Assembly: GCA_017477855.1 (NCBI GenBank)
Contig: JAFUUN010000062.1
Span: forward strand, 1-40,708
Direction: 5' to 3'
From: Rickettsiales bacterium
Lineage (GTDB): Bacteria > Pseudomonadota > Alphaproteobacteria > Rickettsiales > Deianiraeaceae
Length of the DNA: 40,708 nucleotides
The position numbers were made by a program, and so were the translations under genes. Of this stretch, positions 17,518 to 26,457 are shown piece by piece (position 1 is the stretch's first letter; every line of letters begins with the position of its first letter). The notes under the pieces are model-generated. The model was not told where the DNA came from. It saw only the letters and a list, made by a program, of their open reading frames with translations, and searched no databases.

Positions 17518-19470
17518 TCATTTTTTCTCCTCAACTTCCTTATTTACAATCTCCACAAACTCCTCCACTCCAACGCTCTTATTCTTCATCTCCCCAAACT
17601 TTCTAACTGACAAAGTGCCATCTTCAATCTCCTTCCTGCCTATCGTTATAATATAAGGTATTTTCATTTCACTATGATGACGAACTTTATAACTCACAGT
17701 TTCTTTACTTAAATCACACTCACAACGAATTCCTGCGTCTTGTAGTTTCTTTGCGGTCTCTTCAACTTGTTTATCAAAATCATTAGAAACACCAATTACA
17801 ACTGCTTGAACTGGCGCGAGCCATAACGGAAGAGCACCGGCATGGTTTTCAATAAGTATAGCAATAAACCTTTCAAATGACCCGAGAACCGCTCTATGTA
17901 GCATAACTGGTGGTTTTTTTGTTCCATCTTCTGCAACATATTCAGCGCCCAAACGTTGACCTAAATTGAAATCAACCTGAAAAGTTCCACACTGCCACTC
18001 ACGCCCTATTGCATCTCTCAATGTGAACTCCAATTTAGGACCATAAAAAGCACCTTCTCCTTTGTTTAATTCCAGTTCAATACCAATTTTTTCCATTGGT
18101 TCACGCAATGCTTTTTCCGCTTTATCCCAAAGTGCATCACTGCCAACCCTCATTTCAGGTCTATCGCTGAACTTAACTTTAATATTTGTAAAACCAAAAT
18201 CATCGTAAACCTCCTTTAATAGCTCATAAAATGCAATACATTCATCGGCAATTTGATCTTCACTGCAAAAAATATGTGCATCATCTTGGACGAACCCTCT
18301 AACTCTCATCAACCCATGCAACGAACCACTTGGCTCGTATCTATGACACTTGCCGAATTCAGCCATTCTTATTGGCAAATCTTTATAACTTCTAATTTTG
18401 TTTTTGAAAATCTCCACATGACAAGGACAATTCATTGGTTTGATTGCAAAATCCATATCTTCGTCGTCAATTCTTGTGATAAACATATGCTCCCTATATT
18501 TCGCCCAGTGTCCTGATTTCTCCCACAAGGTTTTTGAAACAATTTGCGGAGTTTTAACCTCAATATATCCGTATGCCTGCAACTTTTTCCGCATATAATC
18601 TTGCACTATGCGGTATAAAGTCCAACCTCTTGGATGCCAAAAGGCACAACCCGGTGCCTCCTCTTGCATATGAAATAAATCAAGTTGTTGCCCCAGTTTG
18701 CGGTGGTCGCGCTTTTCTGCCTCTTGCAGCATTTTCAGGTAGTCATCCAGCTCTTTTTGTGTAGTCCAGCAAGTGCCATAAACCCTTTGCAACATTACGT
18801 TTTTACTGTCCCCGCGCCAGTATGCCCCTGCAACTTTCATCAATTTAAAATACTTCAAAAACCCAGTGCTTGGCACGTGCGGCCCGCGGCAAAGGTCGGT
18901 AAAAGAGCCTTGTGAATAAGAAGAAAGAACAACATTTTTGTCCGCCTCAATCAAGCTTTTTATTTGCTCAACTTTGTATTTCTCTTTGTCTTTCTGGAAG
19001 AAATCACACAACTCCTTACCATCCCACTCTTTTCTGATAACCTCAAAATTCCTCTCCGCCAACTCGTGCATTTTTTTCTCAATTTTTTGGAAATCTTCGG
19101 TGGTGATTTTTGTGCCATCGGTCAACTCAAAGTCATAGTAAAACCCATTTTCAACTTCTGGGCCAAAGCCAAAATGCACCTTGTCGCCGTATAATTCTCG
19201 CATTGCTTGGGCAAACAAGTGGGCGCACGAGTGCCTCATCGTATCCAGTAAAATCTGCTTGTCTTTGGTGTCTTTTGTGTCGGAGGTGATAATTTTCAGC
19301 GTACAGTCCGCCGTGAGTTTTGTGGCCAAATCAACCACTTTGTCGTTCACGACTGCAACCACGGACTTTTTCATCAAAGAGTGCGAAATACCCTCCGCAA
19401 TTTCTTTAACAGAGATATTGTCCTCAAAAACTCTCTCACTTCCATCAGGAAAAGATACTTTTATTGACAT
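17518..19470 (-). CDS. thrS: Threonyl-tRNA synthetase
   Basis: TGS domain start MSIKVSFPDGSERVF (start trimmed to Met12 of the track ORF), editing-domain HSCAHL, class II motifs (RVRGFVQDDAHIFC, GAFYGPK) and a C-terminal anticodon-binding domain. Confidence 0.93.
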   Translation of the reverse strand: MSIKVSFPDGSERVFEDNISVKEIAEGISHSLMKKSVVAVVNDKVVDLATKLTADCTLKIITSDTKDTKDKQILLDTMRHSCAHLFAQAMRELYGDKVHFGFGPEVENGFYYDFELTDGTKITTEDFQKIEKKMHELAERNFEVIRKEWDGKELCDFFQKDKEKYKVEQIKSLIEADKNVVLSSYSQGSFTDLCRGPHVPSTGFLKYFKLMKVAGAYWRGDSKNVMLQRVYGTCWTTQKELDDYLKMLQEAEKRDHRKLGQQLDLFHMQEEAPGCAFWHPRGWTLYRIVQDYMRKKLQAYGYIEVKTPQIVSKTLWEKSGHWAKYREHMFITRIDDEDMDFAIKPMNCPCHVEIFKNKIRSYKDLPIRMAEFGKCHRYEPSGSLHGLMRVRGFVQDDAHIFCSEDQIADECIAFYELLKEVYDDFGFTNIKVKFSDRPEMRVGSDALWDKAEKALREPMEKIGIELELNKGEGAFYGPKLEFTLRDAIGREWQCGTFQVDFNLGQRLGAEYVAEDGTKKPPVMLHRAVLGSFERFIAILIENHAGALPLWLAPVQAVVIGVSNDFDKQVEETAKKLQDAGIRCECDLSKETVSYKVRHHSEMKIPYIITIGRKEIEDGTLSVRKFGEMKNKSVGVEEFVEIVNKEVEEKK

Positions 19471-19499
19471 GCTCCGCGATGGGCTTGGAATTATAAAAA

Positions 19500-20396
19500 T
19501 CAAGCTGGATTGTTAATCTCCACCACCTTTGCCTCTGGTGTGTAGACATAGTATTTCTTGCCAATTTGTCTTGCAAGTTTATACGCAAAATCCTTCATCA
19601 GGTCATCAACTTTGGCTTTGCTGGCTTCTTCCATCTTGACAAAAACAACGGGTCTGTCGCGGTCAATCAAGTTTTCAGCGCCATCCAAGGCCTCAAACTC
19701 CATGCCCGGCATGTTAACTTTTATCACATCAACATGTTGAAATATCTTCAAGTCATCAATTTTCTTGATTTTATAATCACCGTTTGTATCTTCAACGAGC
19801 TTGGTTTTGGCATAATTTTTCATCTTGAATTTTTCAATGCGTGCACGTGTATCCTTGTTTCCAATACCAAAATTGAGAGCAGCAACTTTTTTTAGACCAT
19901 TAATCTCAATATTTTTCTTCAAAATGTTGTATGGCATCTCCAAAGCTTCACATGCGTAGATAAATTTTGCTCTCTTTGGCGATTGCAGCATCCAATATAA
20001 GGTTTCATTTCCAATATTTGCACCAACATCTATAATTACCGCATTGTGTGGTAAAAATTCATCCAGTTCTTGTAACTTTTTTTGCTTGTAAAACTTGTTT
20101 TTATCAACGATCTTTGTCTGCATTTTTTCCACAGCATAATTAGGAACATAAAATTTGACGTTATCCTTGATAAAAATATCATCTTTCATTGACATCTTCA
20201 TAGCAAGCTGCTTGTGTTTTTCAATAACTTTTTCAGTTTTATCAAGCACTTTTTCTGTTTGTTTAAGAACCTTTTTCTGCTTGCTTTGAATTTGAACAAC
20301 TTTGATAGAACAAAAAATTGCAAAAATCAGTATCAATGTGCCAAAAATAACATGCATGGCCCATGATATGATGGTTTCTTTTTCTAAAAATAGCAT
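19500..20396 (-). CDS. FkbM-family SAM-dependent methyltransferase with an N-terminal TM anchor
   Basis: VIIDVGANIGNETLYW matches the Methyltransf_21/FkbM DVGAN.G motif. The N-terminal hydrophobic segment is WAMHVIFGTLILIFAIFCSIKVV, followed by a K-rich coiled stretch. Confidence 0.65.
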   Translation of the reverse strand: MLFLEKETIISWAMHVIFGTLILIFAIFCSIKVVQIQSKQKKVLKQTEKVLDKTEKVIEKHKQLAMKMSMKDDIFIKDNVKFYVPNYAVEKMQTKIVDKNKFYKQKKLQELDEFLPHNAVIIDVGANIGNETLYWMLQSPKRAKFIYACEALEMPYNILKKNIEINGLKKVAALNFGIGNKDTRARIEKFKMKNYAKTKLVEDTNGDYKIKKIDDLKIFQHVDVIKVNMPGMEFEALDGAENLIDRDRPVVFVKMEEASKAKVDDLMKDFAYKLARQIGKKYYVYTPEAKVVEINNPA

Positions 20397-20525
20397 AAAT
20401 TACAATATTATTTAATCTATTTTTTTTCAAAAATCAATGATAAAAGTAAAAAAAACCAATTTTTGCTGCGTGCATAAAAAATAATTTGCAATATAAAAAA
20501 AGTATTTTCAAACCAAAAATAACGA

Positions 20526-21668
20526 ATGAACGAGCAAATTGGAATTGAAAATATTGGATTTTACACACCGAATGCCGCAATAAGTTTGGTTGAATTGGCG
20601 AAGCACACACGACAAAATCCTGATAAATTCACGAAGGGCTTGGGGCAGCTAAAAATGTCGGTTATCACGCCTAATCAGGATGTAATTTCCATGGCCGCAA
20701 ACGCCGCAAAACAGATATTGACAGAAGATATTATTGACAAAATTGACTTAGTTTTATTTGCTACCGAGAGTGCTGTTGATGCCTCCAAGTCGGCTGCGGT
20801 TGAGGTGCATAATTTGCTGAATTTGCATAAAAATTGCAGATGCCTGGAAGTCAAACATGCATGCTATGGCGGAACTGGCGCGGTATATTTGGCGCGTCAA
20901 CATGTGTGTCAAAATCCGCAAAGCAAGGCGCTTGTTTTGATGAGTGATATTGCTTTTTACGGTTTTAAAACCACTGGCGAGCCCACACAAGGATGTGGCG
21001 CGATGGCATTGATTATTTCTGCGGAGCCAAAAATATGCACTTTTGGCCCTGAAAATGTTTGTCTAACAAAGACATGCAACGACTTTTTTCGTCCATCTTT
21101 CAAGCAAACACCAATCTGGGACGGCCACATGTCAATCAGAGCGTATTTGTCAATGTATAATCAGGCGGCATGCGAGTGGGAAAAGAAATACGGCGCTATT
21201 CCAGAGGTTATGTGCTGTCATATGCCCTTTGCGCGCATGCTTGACAAGTGTGCTGTCATGCAGAAATATAGCAATGAAATAAAATCATATGCAAGCATAA
21301 TTGGAAACCTCTACACAGCATCACTGTATTTAGGTCTACTGTCACTATTAAATAACTGCAAAGATGACTTATCTGGCCGCATAATTGGTATGTTTTCATA
21401 TGGATCGGGATCGGAATGCGAACTATTTTCTGTCAAAATTTCAAATGGATATAAGGACATTTTGAATGCTAAAAAAGCCAGCATTGAGGCCATGATTGCT
21501 GATAGAATTACAGTTAATTATAGAATTTACAAAATGCTCTTGAAAAATTGGTTGAAGCGAGAGAAAAAGCTAAATTGGCATCTCGGGAGACAAAAACCAT
21601 CAATCTGCAATGTGAATGAGGATACAAAACTGATTTCTATAAAAAATGGAGCAAGATACTATAAATAG
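20526..21668 (+). CDS. mvaS: Hydroxymethylglutaryl-CoA synthase (bacterial MvaS type)
   Basis: It is collinear with my recollection of Enterococcus MvaS: IGIENIGFYTPN, DKFTKGLGQLKMSV, FATESAVDASKSAA (catalytic Glu), EVKHACYGGT (catalytic Cys), GEPTQGCGA, CCHMPF (catalytic His) and GNLYTASLYLGLLSLL..FSYGSG. Confidence 0.9.
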   Translation: MNEQIGIENIGFYTPNAAISLVELAKHTRQNPDKFTKGLGQLKMSVITPNQDVISMAANAAKQILTEDIIDKIDLVLFATESAVDASKSAAVEVHNLLNLHKNCRCLEVKHACYGGTGAVYLARQHVCQNPQSKALVLMSDIAFYGFKTTGEPTQGCGAMALIISAEPKICTFGPENVCLTKTCNDFFRPSFKQTPIWDGHMSIRAYLSMYNQAACEWEKKYGAIPEVMCCHMPFARMLDKCAVMQKYSNEIKSYASIIGNLYTASLYLGLLSLLNNCKDDLSGRIIGMFSYGSGSECELFSVKISNGYKDILNAKKASIEAMIADRITVNYRIYKMLLKNWLKREKKLNWHLGRQKPSICNVNEDTKLISIKNGARYYK

Positions 21669-22644
21669 CCTAACAAGCAAGTTGTTTAAACGAAATACAC
21701 ATATTGGCCAAGCTAAAGTACCGGCCAAGCTAATAATTAGTGGTGAGCACGCAGTTTTGTATAACTTGCGAGCCCTGACGTGTGCGATAAATATATGGAT
21801 GCACGTTGAAGTGAGAAAAACTTTTAGATACCGAGTTGTGATAGAACAAGATAAAAAAAAAAATATCGTCAATCTTGATGATAACTTTCCAGAAAATAAA
21901 ATGGATAATCCGCTGTGTGAGATTTATCGGCAGTTTGTGCTTTTTACTGAGTGTGATATTTACGGCATAAGAGTGAAAATAAAAACGGAAATCCCATCAC
22001 GATGTGGTCTTGGTTCAAGTGCTGCACTTGTTGTTGGAATGATAAAGGCGCTGGATAATCTCTTTCAAACTCATTTGTCGCAGCATAACATGACATTGTT
22101 GGCAAAGAACTGTGAGAATATTTTTCATGGCAAAAGCAGTGGAATAGACGTGCAAACGATTTTGAGAAAGGGAATTGTGAGTTTTGATAATGGTAAGGTC
22201 AGAAATTACAGGCAAAAGTTCAACAAAATTTGCGTAATTGACACTGGCAAGCCACAGTTTTCAACGAAGGAAGTGGTTGGGTTTGTGGCACAAAAATGTG
22301 CAAATGATAGTGCAATTTGGGGTGAGTTTTATGACATCGTTTCAAATGAAGAGACATTGATGTTGAAAGGCAAAAATATAAATTATCTCATAGACCAAAA
22401 TGAGCGCTTGCTTGAATATATTGGCGTTGTTTCCAAAAAAACAGCAGCATTTATAAAGATATTAAAAAAATATAACATTCATGCCAAAGTTTGTGGCGCT
22501 GGAACGATTGGCACACATGAGAAATTTGCCAACAATGGCGTAGTTGCTGTTTTTCACGAGCTGGATAAATATCAAAAACAAAAGCTCCAAAAGACATGCA
22601 GAATTTTTCAATTTAAATTAAAATTTGCTGAAATAGTTTATTGA
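21646..22644 (+). CDS. mvk: Mevalonate kinase (GHMP kinase)
   Basis: PAKLIISGEHAVLYN (N-terminal mevalonate kinase motif), GHMP motif IPSRCGLGSSAALVVGMIKAL and C-terminal AKVCGAGT. It overlaps mvaS by 23 nt. The coding region contains an A11 run at 21853-21863. Confidence 0.85.
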   Translation: MEQDTINSLTSKLFKRNTHIGQAKVPAKLIISGEHAVLYNLRALTCAINIWMHVEVRKTFRYRVVIEQDKKKNIVNLDDNFPENKMDNPLCEIYRQFVLFTECDIYGIRVKIKTEIPSRCGLGSSAALVVGMIKALDNLFQTHLSQHNMTLLAKNCENIFHGKSSGIDVQTILRKGIVSFDNGKVRNYRQKFNKICVIDTGKPQFSTKEVVGFVAQKCANDSAIWGEFYDIVSNEETLMLKGKNINYLIDQNERLLEYIGVVSKKTAAFIKILKKYNIHAKVCGAGTIGTHEKFANNGVVAVFHELDKYQKQKLQKTCRIFQFKLKFAEIVY

Positions 22645-23219
22645 AGAATACCAGCTCTGTAAAGCATCTTAGCAACTTCAAACCAGCTACCCTTGCTGAT
22701 AGCAATTTTTTCTATTGCAGCCAAAATTTCTTTTTTACAAATAGCCTCACGTTCAGCAAGTTCTCGCATCGCAATCTCGCGTAATCTCTGCTCCGCAACC
22801 TTCTGCATGTGTTCCAGTTTGGCTTTTTTCCTCTCCTCTTCAATTTTCAATTTGTTCTCCATTTTCTGTCTGATGGACACAATACGCTTATTTATGTAGT
22901 CCTCGCGGCTAATTCTGTTTTCCTCTTCCTGTCTTTTTAGATTTGAAAATTTCTGCCTGCTGCTCTCAGCCATCTCCTTCATTTTCTTTCCAAGAGCAAA
23001 CGAATAGTCATCAACCTCTTTAATCTGTGGAGCTGTAGAAAACATCTGAACTTCCTTCTGAACTGGCTGTTCTTCTGCTTTTTCCGTATTTTTGATTTCA
23101 ACTTTCACAATAGCACTATCAGAAACGCCTTCATCTTTAACTTTGCTTGTGTGGCTATTTTCTCTTCCTTCTGAAGCTTTACTCTTCTTCAAACTTATGG
23201 CTTTAAAATTGTTCGGCAT
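22638..23219 (-). CDS. Hypothetical charged coiled-coil protein
   Basis: 193 aa, K/E/R-rich heptad-like sequence (RQEEENRISREDYINKR..KIEEERKKAKLEHMQKVAEQRLREIAMRELAEREA). No recognisable domain. Its 3' end overlaps the mvk stop by 7 nt (convergent). Confidence 0.45.
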   Translation of the reverse strand: MPNNFKAISLKKSKASEGRENSHTSKVKDEGVSDSAIVKVEIKNTEKAEEQPVQKEVQMFSTAPQIKEVDDYSFALGKKMKEMAESSRQKFSNLKRQEEENRISREDYINKRIVSIRQKMENKLKIEEERKKAKLEHMQKVAEQRLREIAMRELAEREAICKKEILAAIEKIAISKGSWFEVAKMLYRAGILQ

Positions 23220-23319
23220 ATCTCCAAATCTGAAAAACCGTATCTATTTAATACTTTTTATTATAAAAGTCAAATTTTAAAGTAAAGATTAATTCCAAAC
23301 CACTTGTTGCATCTTTTGC

Positions 23320-24489
23320 TTAAAAGGCACTACGATACCCGCCACAGCGCGCACATTTGGCATCGTTGCAAGTATTTAAGTTATAATGAGTTGATAATTT
23401 ACTGCCAAGAGACTTGTTGTTTATCTCCTTTTCAGGATAGTTTTCATATTGTTGATTGAAATCTTCCTGACGATATTGTTCTGGCGGATCATTTCCTCGT
23501 GATTGAGTTTGATAATTCCTCACATGTTCAATGTAATTCTTGTCTGCACTATATCCAACATTTTCGTTTTTATAGTTGTTGTTATACTGATTACTATTGT
23601 CCGCATAGTCATTCATTTGAGAATGGTTTTGTTGATAACCGCTTACATCGTCATTGGTATAACTATTTGAATAATTCTTTGCATAATCATTATTCTGCTG
23701 ATAATTTCCATTGCGGCCACTGTATTCTGTATTTTCATAATCCGAATAGTTGCGTTTCGCTTGCAAATACTCATCAAACGACCGAGTACTCTGTTGCTTA
23801 TCATCCATTTCGTTATAGTTATTCTGCTGCTGTGTGCTATATTGACCTTGCTGATTGTAATTTTGTTCTTGCTGATAATTGTTCTGCTGATAATTCTGCT
23901 GTTGCATGCTGTCATATTGACCATTCCTAACGTTATCCCGCCATTGTTGGTTATTGTTTTGGTATTGATTGTCTTGCCATTCATTTTGTTGTGAATAATT
24001 CTGTTGCCGTTGGTTGTTATACTGGTTTTGCTGATTATAATCCTGTTGTAATTGTTGAGAGTTATTTTGCTGTTGCACATTTTGATATTGGTTATATTGA
24101 TTATTTTGTCCGTTATTCTGCTGTTGGTAGTTATTGTTAAAGTTATTCTCAACATAAGATTGTTGATCTGCATTATCTTTAACTGGTTGATTAAAACTCT
24201 TTTTAGCTGGGCCAAGATTTTGGTTTTTATCCTTGCCTTGCGCCTCTTCCTGAGCGATTATATCGTCAAGATGTTTTTTTCCGTCTTTGCCTTTCTCACT
24301 TTTTTTGTTTTTTTTTTGCCTTGCACATGAAATTATCAAATAAATTCCAAACGGCCACCACAACACACCGACAATTATTTTCCACATCGGAACTGAGACA
24401 TTCTCATCTTTTTCCTTTTTTGCCTTTTCTTTTTCTTTATCCTTGTCTTTGTCTCCTCCAAATACACCGGTTACAGGATTCCATGGCAT
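23320..24489 (-). CDS. Membrane-anchored Q/N/Y-rich low-complexity (prion-like) protein
   Basis: N-terminal K/D/E-rich tract, one TM segment (MWKIIVGVLWWPFGIYLIISCA), a basic stretch, then about 250 aa dominated by Q, N and Y (e.g. QQNNGQNNQYNQYQNVQQQNNSQQLQQDYNQQNQYNNQRQQNY). The C-terminal Cys cluster is CNDAKCARCGG. Confidence 0.6.
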   Translation of the reverse strand: MPWNPVTGVFGGDKDKDKEKEKAKKEKDENVSVPMWKIIVGVLWWPFGIYLIISCARQKKNKKSEKGKDGKKHLDDIIAQEEAQGKDKNQNLGPAKKSFNQPVKDNADQQSYVENNFNNNYQQQNNGQNNQYNQYQNVQQQNNSQQLQQDYNQQNQYNNQRQQNYSQQNEWQDNQYQNNNQQWRDNVRNGQYDSMQQQNYQQNNYQQEQNYNQQGQYSTQQQNNYNEMDDKQQSTRSFDEYLQAKRNYSDYENTEYSGRNGNYQQNNDYAKNYSNSYTNDDVSGYQQNHSQMNDYADNSNQYNNNYKNENVGYSADKNYIEHVRNYQTQSRGNDPPEQYRQEDFNQQYENYPEKEINNKSLGSKLSTHYNLNTCNDAKCARCGGYRSAF

Positions 24490-24527
24490 AGCTACTATGC
24501 TACTAAATTATAGATAATAGTCAATTT

Positions 24528-25421
24528 TTAATCATCTTCCAGTAGATAATTTTCACTGAAACAATAGCACCTACCCCCCGATACTACAATGTGATCTAAC
24601 AGTTTTACACCAATGCTTTTCAGAGATTGCTTTATTTCATTTGTTGTGTCTATATCAGTTTGCGATGGAGTACAATCACCAGATGGATGATTGTGTGTTA
24701 GCACAATATTGCACGCATGCAACTCTAATGCTTTTTGCATTATACGCCGAATATTCAATGTCACGCCGTTAACATTTTCTGCGCCGCTTTTTTCATCCTT
24801 AATTAGCCGCAATTTGCTATCAAGAAACAGAACATGAAATTCCTCCTCTGCCAACGTTCCAATTTTTACTTCGCAATATCTTAACAATGTCGGCATTGTA
24901 TCCAATACTGAACGCTGATCTATCTCATTTTGAAGTATTCTTGCTACTATTTCATTACAAAGCTTGAAGGCATAATGTATTTTCTCACCATTCACACTAC
25001 AAGCATTGAGCTCATTGGTACTTGCATTTGAGAGATTGTGCAAATTTTTGAATTTATCAATCAGTGCATAAGCTATTTGTTTTGTGTCGGCACGAGGAAT
25101 GATTGTAAAAAGAAGCAATTCTAATAGCTCTATATCAGTAGTTAAACTTGGTGTTTGCATGAACCTTTCTCTGGCTCTTTGTCTGTGTCCTGCATGATAA
25201 TTTTTTAGTTTATTTTTTACTAACGGTTGATTATTATCTGAAATTTTTTTTATAACGTCATCCTCATTACTTTCAAACACGCTGGCAAGTAGCTTGTCAT
25301 CTGCTAATTGTGTCTTGTGAAAAGCAACAACGGCATTATGTTGCTCGCCATTGTTATCAATTTCAATATCAGCAAGCAAATCACTAAAACCTCCAAGTAT
25401 TTGGTCGTCGTCCTGAACCAT
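24528..25421 (-). CDS. radC: RadC-family JAB/MPN domain protein with an N-terminal extension
   Basis: GHRQRARERF and the HhH region, then the JAMM motif IVLTHNHPSGDCTPSQTDIDTTNEIKQSLKSIGVKLLDHIVV. Confidence 0.8.
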   Translation of the reverse strand: MVQDDDQILGGFSDLLADIEIDNNGEQHNAVVAFHKTQLADDKLLASVFESNEDDVIKKISDNNQPLVKNKLKNYHAGHRQRARERFMQTPSLTTDIELLELLLFTIIPRADTKQIAYALIDKFKNLHNLSNASTNELNACSVNGEKIHYAFKLCNEIVARILQNEIDQRSVLDTMPTLLRYCEVKIGTLAEEEFHVLFLDSKLRLIKDEKSGAENVNGVTLNIRRIMQKALELHACNIVLTHNHPSGDCTPSQTDIDTTNEIKQSLKSIGVKLLDHIVVSGGRCYCFSENYLLEDD

Positions 25422-25429
25422 TTTGTTAA

Positions 25430-25711
25430 TTATAGCACCTTTGGCACAACAAAAAACGTTTCTTGTCCGTCCATTTCTTTCTCAACTGCATTTGCAAAAA
25501 TATCTGCTGTCTCCTTTGCTACAATATCGTTGTTTGAGATATATTTTGCATCTTCTCCAAGTGTATTATACATTGGCTCAACACCTTCAATATTGACTTC
25601 CTTCAAAATTTGTTGCCATTCTATGATGCGTGCGACATCCTTTACCAATTCTTCATCAACATGGTTGAGACCTGCTGCTTTGAATATTCTTGTTAAATCT
25701 TTGTTTTCCAT
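25430..25711 (-). CDS. gatC: Asp/Glu-tRNA amidotransferase subunit C
   Basis: 93 aa. LTRIFKAAGLNHVDEELVKDVARIIEWQQILKEVNIEGVEPMYN fits the GatC pattern (...L.L...E......I......L.E.d..gVEP). It is followed by radC rather than gatA/gatB. Confidence 0.8.
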   Translation of the reverse strand: MENKDLTRIFKAAGLNHVDEELVKDVARIIEWQQILKEVNIEGVEPMYNTLGEDAKYISNNDIVAKETADIFANAVEKEMDGQETFFVVPKVL

Positions 25712-25774
25712 ACTACACGCACTAAACTAAATCAAAAATTGATTTATCTTTAAGTAAAAGCGCTATAATAAATG

Positions 25775-26362
25775 TCAATACTTCCAAAAGCTATCAACAA
25801 ATCCGAGTTGATTTTTCATTTTGTTCAAAACAGATATACCACTTTCTTTTGTTGCATATGGTCCGACACGGACTTTACTGATACCGCCTTCATTCATAAC
25901 ATACACATTGTTGATGCCATTGGCTTTCAACTTTGCAACTTGCGACAATGCCACTTCTTCACGACTATAACACCCTGCTTGAATATAATATTGTCCTGCT
26001 GCTGGTGTATATGTTTGCTTGTTTGCTTGCGCCGCATTGTTGCTTGTCGTATAAGATGCCCTGGCTGGTGTGAAATATGTACTTACATTTTGCTTTGATG
26101 AAACCTGCTTACTTGTATCCAAGAGTTGACTTTCTGTTAATGTATTTCTTGACTTTTGGCTATTTTTAAATGACTGATTAACTGCTCTTTCCAAGTCAGC
26201 ATCACTCCTGAATTCATCGCTCACAGTTGGTGTTCTATTTGGAGCATAAAACCTGCTTGTTTGCCCACTATATCTTACACCAGCGTCTGGACCGCTTTGA
26301 CACGCACTGACGGCCGACAAAACCAATGATAAACAAAGAAATTTTCTAACTAACAGCTTCAT
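25775..26362 (-). CDS. SPOR-domain lipoprotein (septal peptidoglycan binding)
   Basis: Lipobox LSAVSAC after a signal peptide, a low-complexity S/T/N linker and a C-terminal SPOR-like module YYIQAGCYSREEVALSQVAKLKANGINNVYVMNEGGISKVRVGPYATKESGISVLNKMK. Confidence 0.7.
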   Translation of the reverse strand: MKLLVRKFLCLSLVLSAVSACQSGPDAGVRYSGQTSRFYAPNRTPTVSDEFRSDADLERAVNQSFKNSQKSRNTLTESQLLDTSKQVSSKQNVSTYFTPARASYTTSNNAAQANKQTYTPAAGQYYIQAGCYSREEVALSQVAKLKANGINNVYVMNEGGISKVRVGPYATKESGISVLNKMKNQLGFVDSFWKY

Positions 26363-26416
26363 ACACTACTACTGTAAAACAGATTTTATTGATTGCAAGA
26401 GAAAAAATAATCAAGC

Positions 26417-26444
26417 TTGACAAATACGCATTCTGAACTAAAAT
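26417..26444 (+). promoter_or_regulatory. Candidate sigma70-type promoter (TTGACA-16 nt-TAAAAT) for the hydrolase gene
   Basis: TTGACA at 26417-26422, a 16-nt spacer and TAAAAT at 26439-26444, about 14 nt before ATG 26458. The predicted transcript would have a very short leader. Confidence 0.35.
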
Positions 26445-26457
26445 CTCCTGTATTTTG

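Noticed and set aside
19471-19503. N-terminal extensions of thrS (11 codons), tyrS (21 codons, 34548-34610) and the OMP gene (6 codons) given by the longest-ORF track
   Set aside because: Family alignments start at the internal Met (MSIKVSFPDGS; MTLLSDLKSLGF; MKKIILIAG). For thrS, the extension would overlap the upstream gene's stop.
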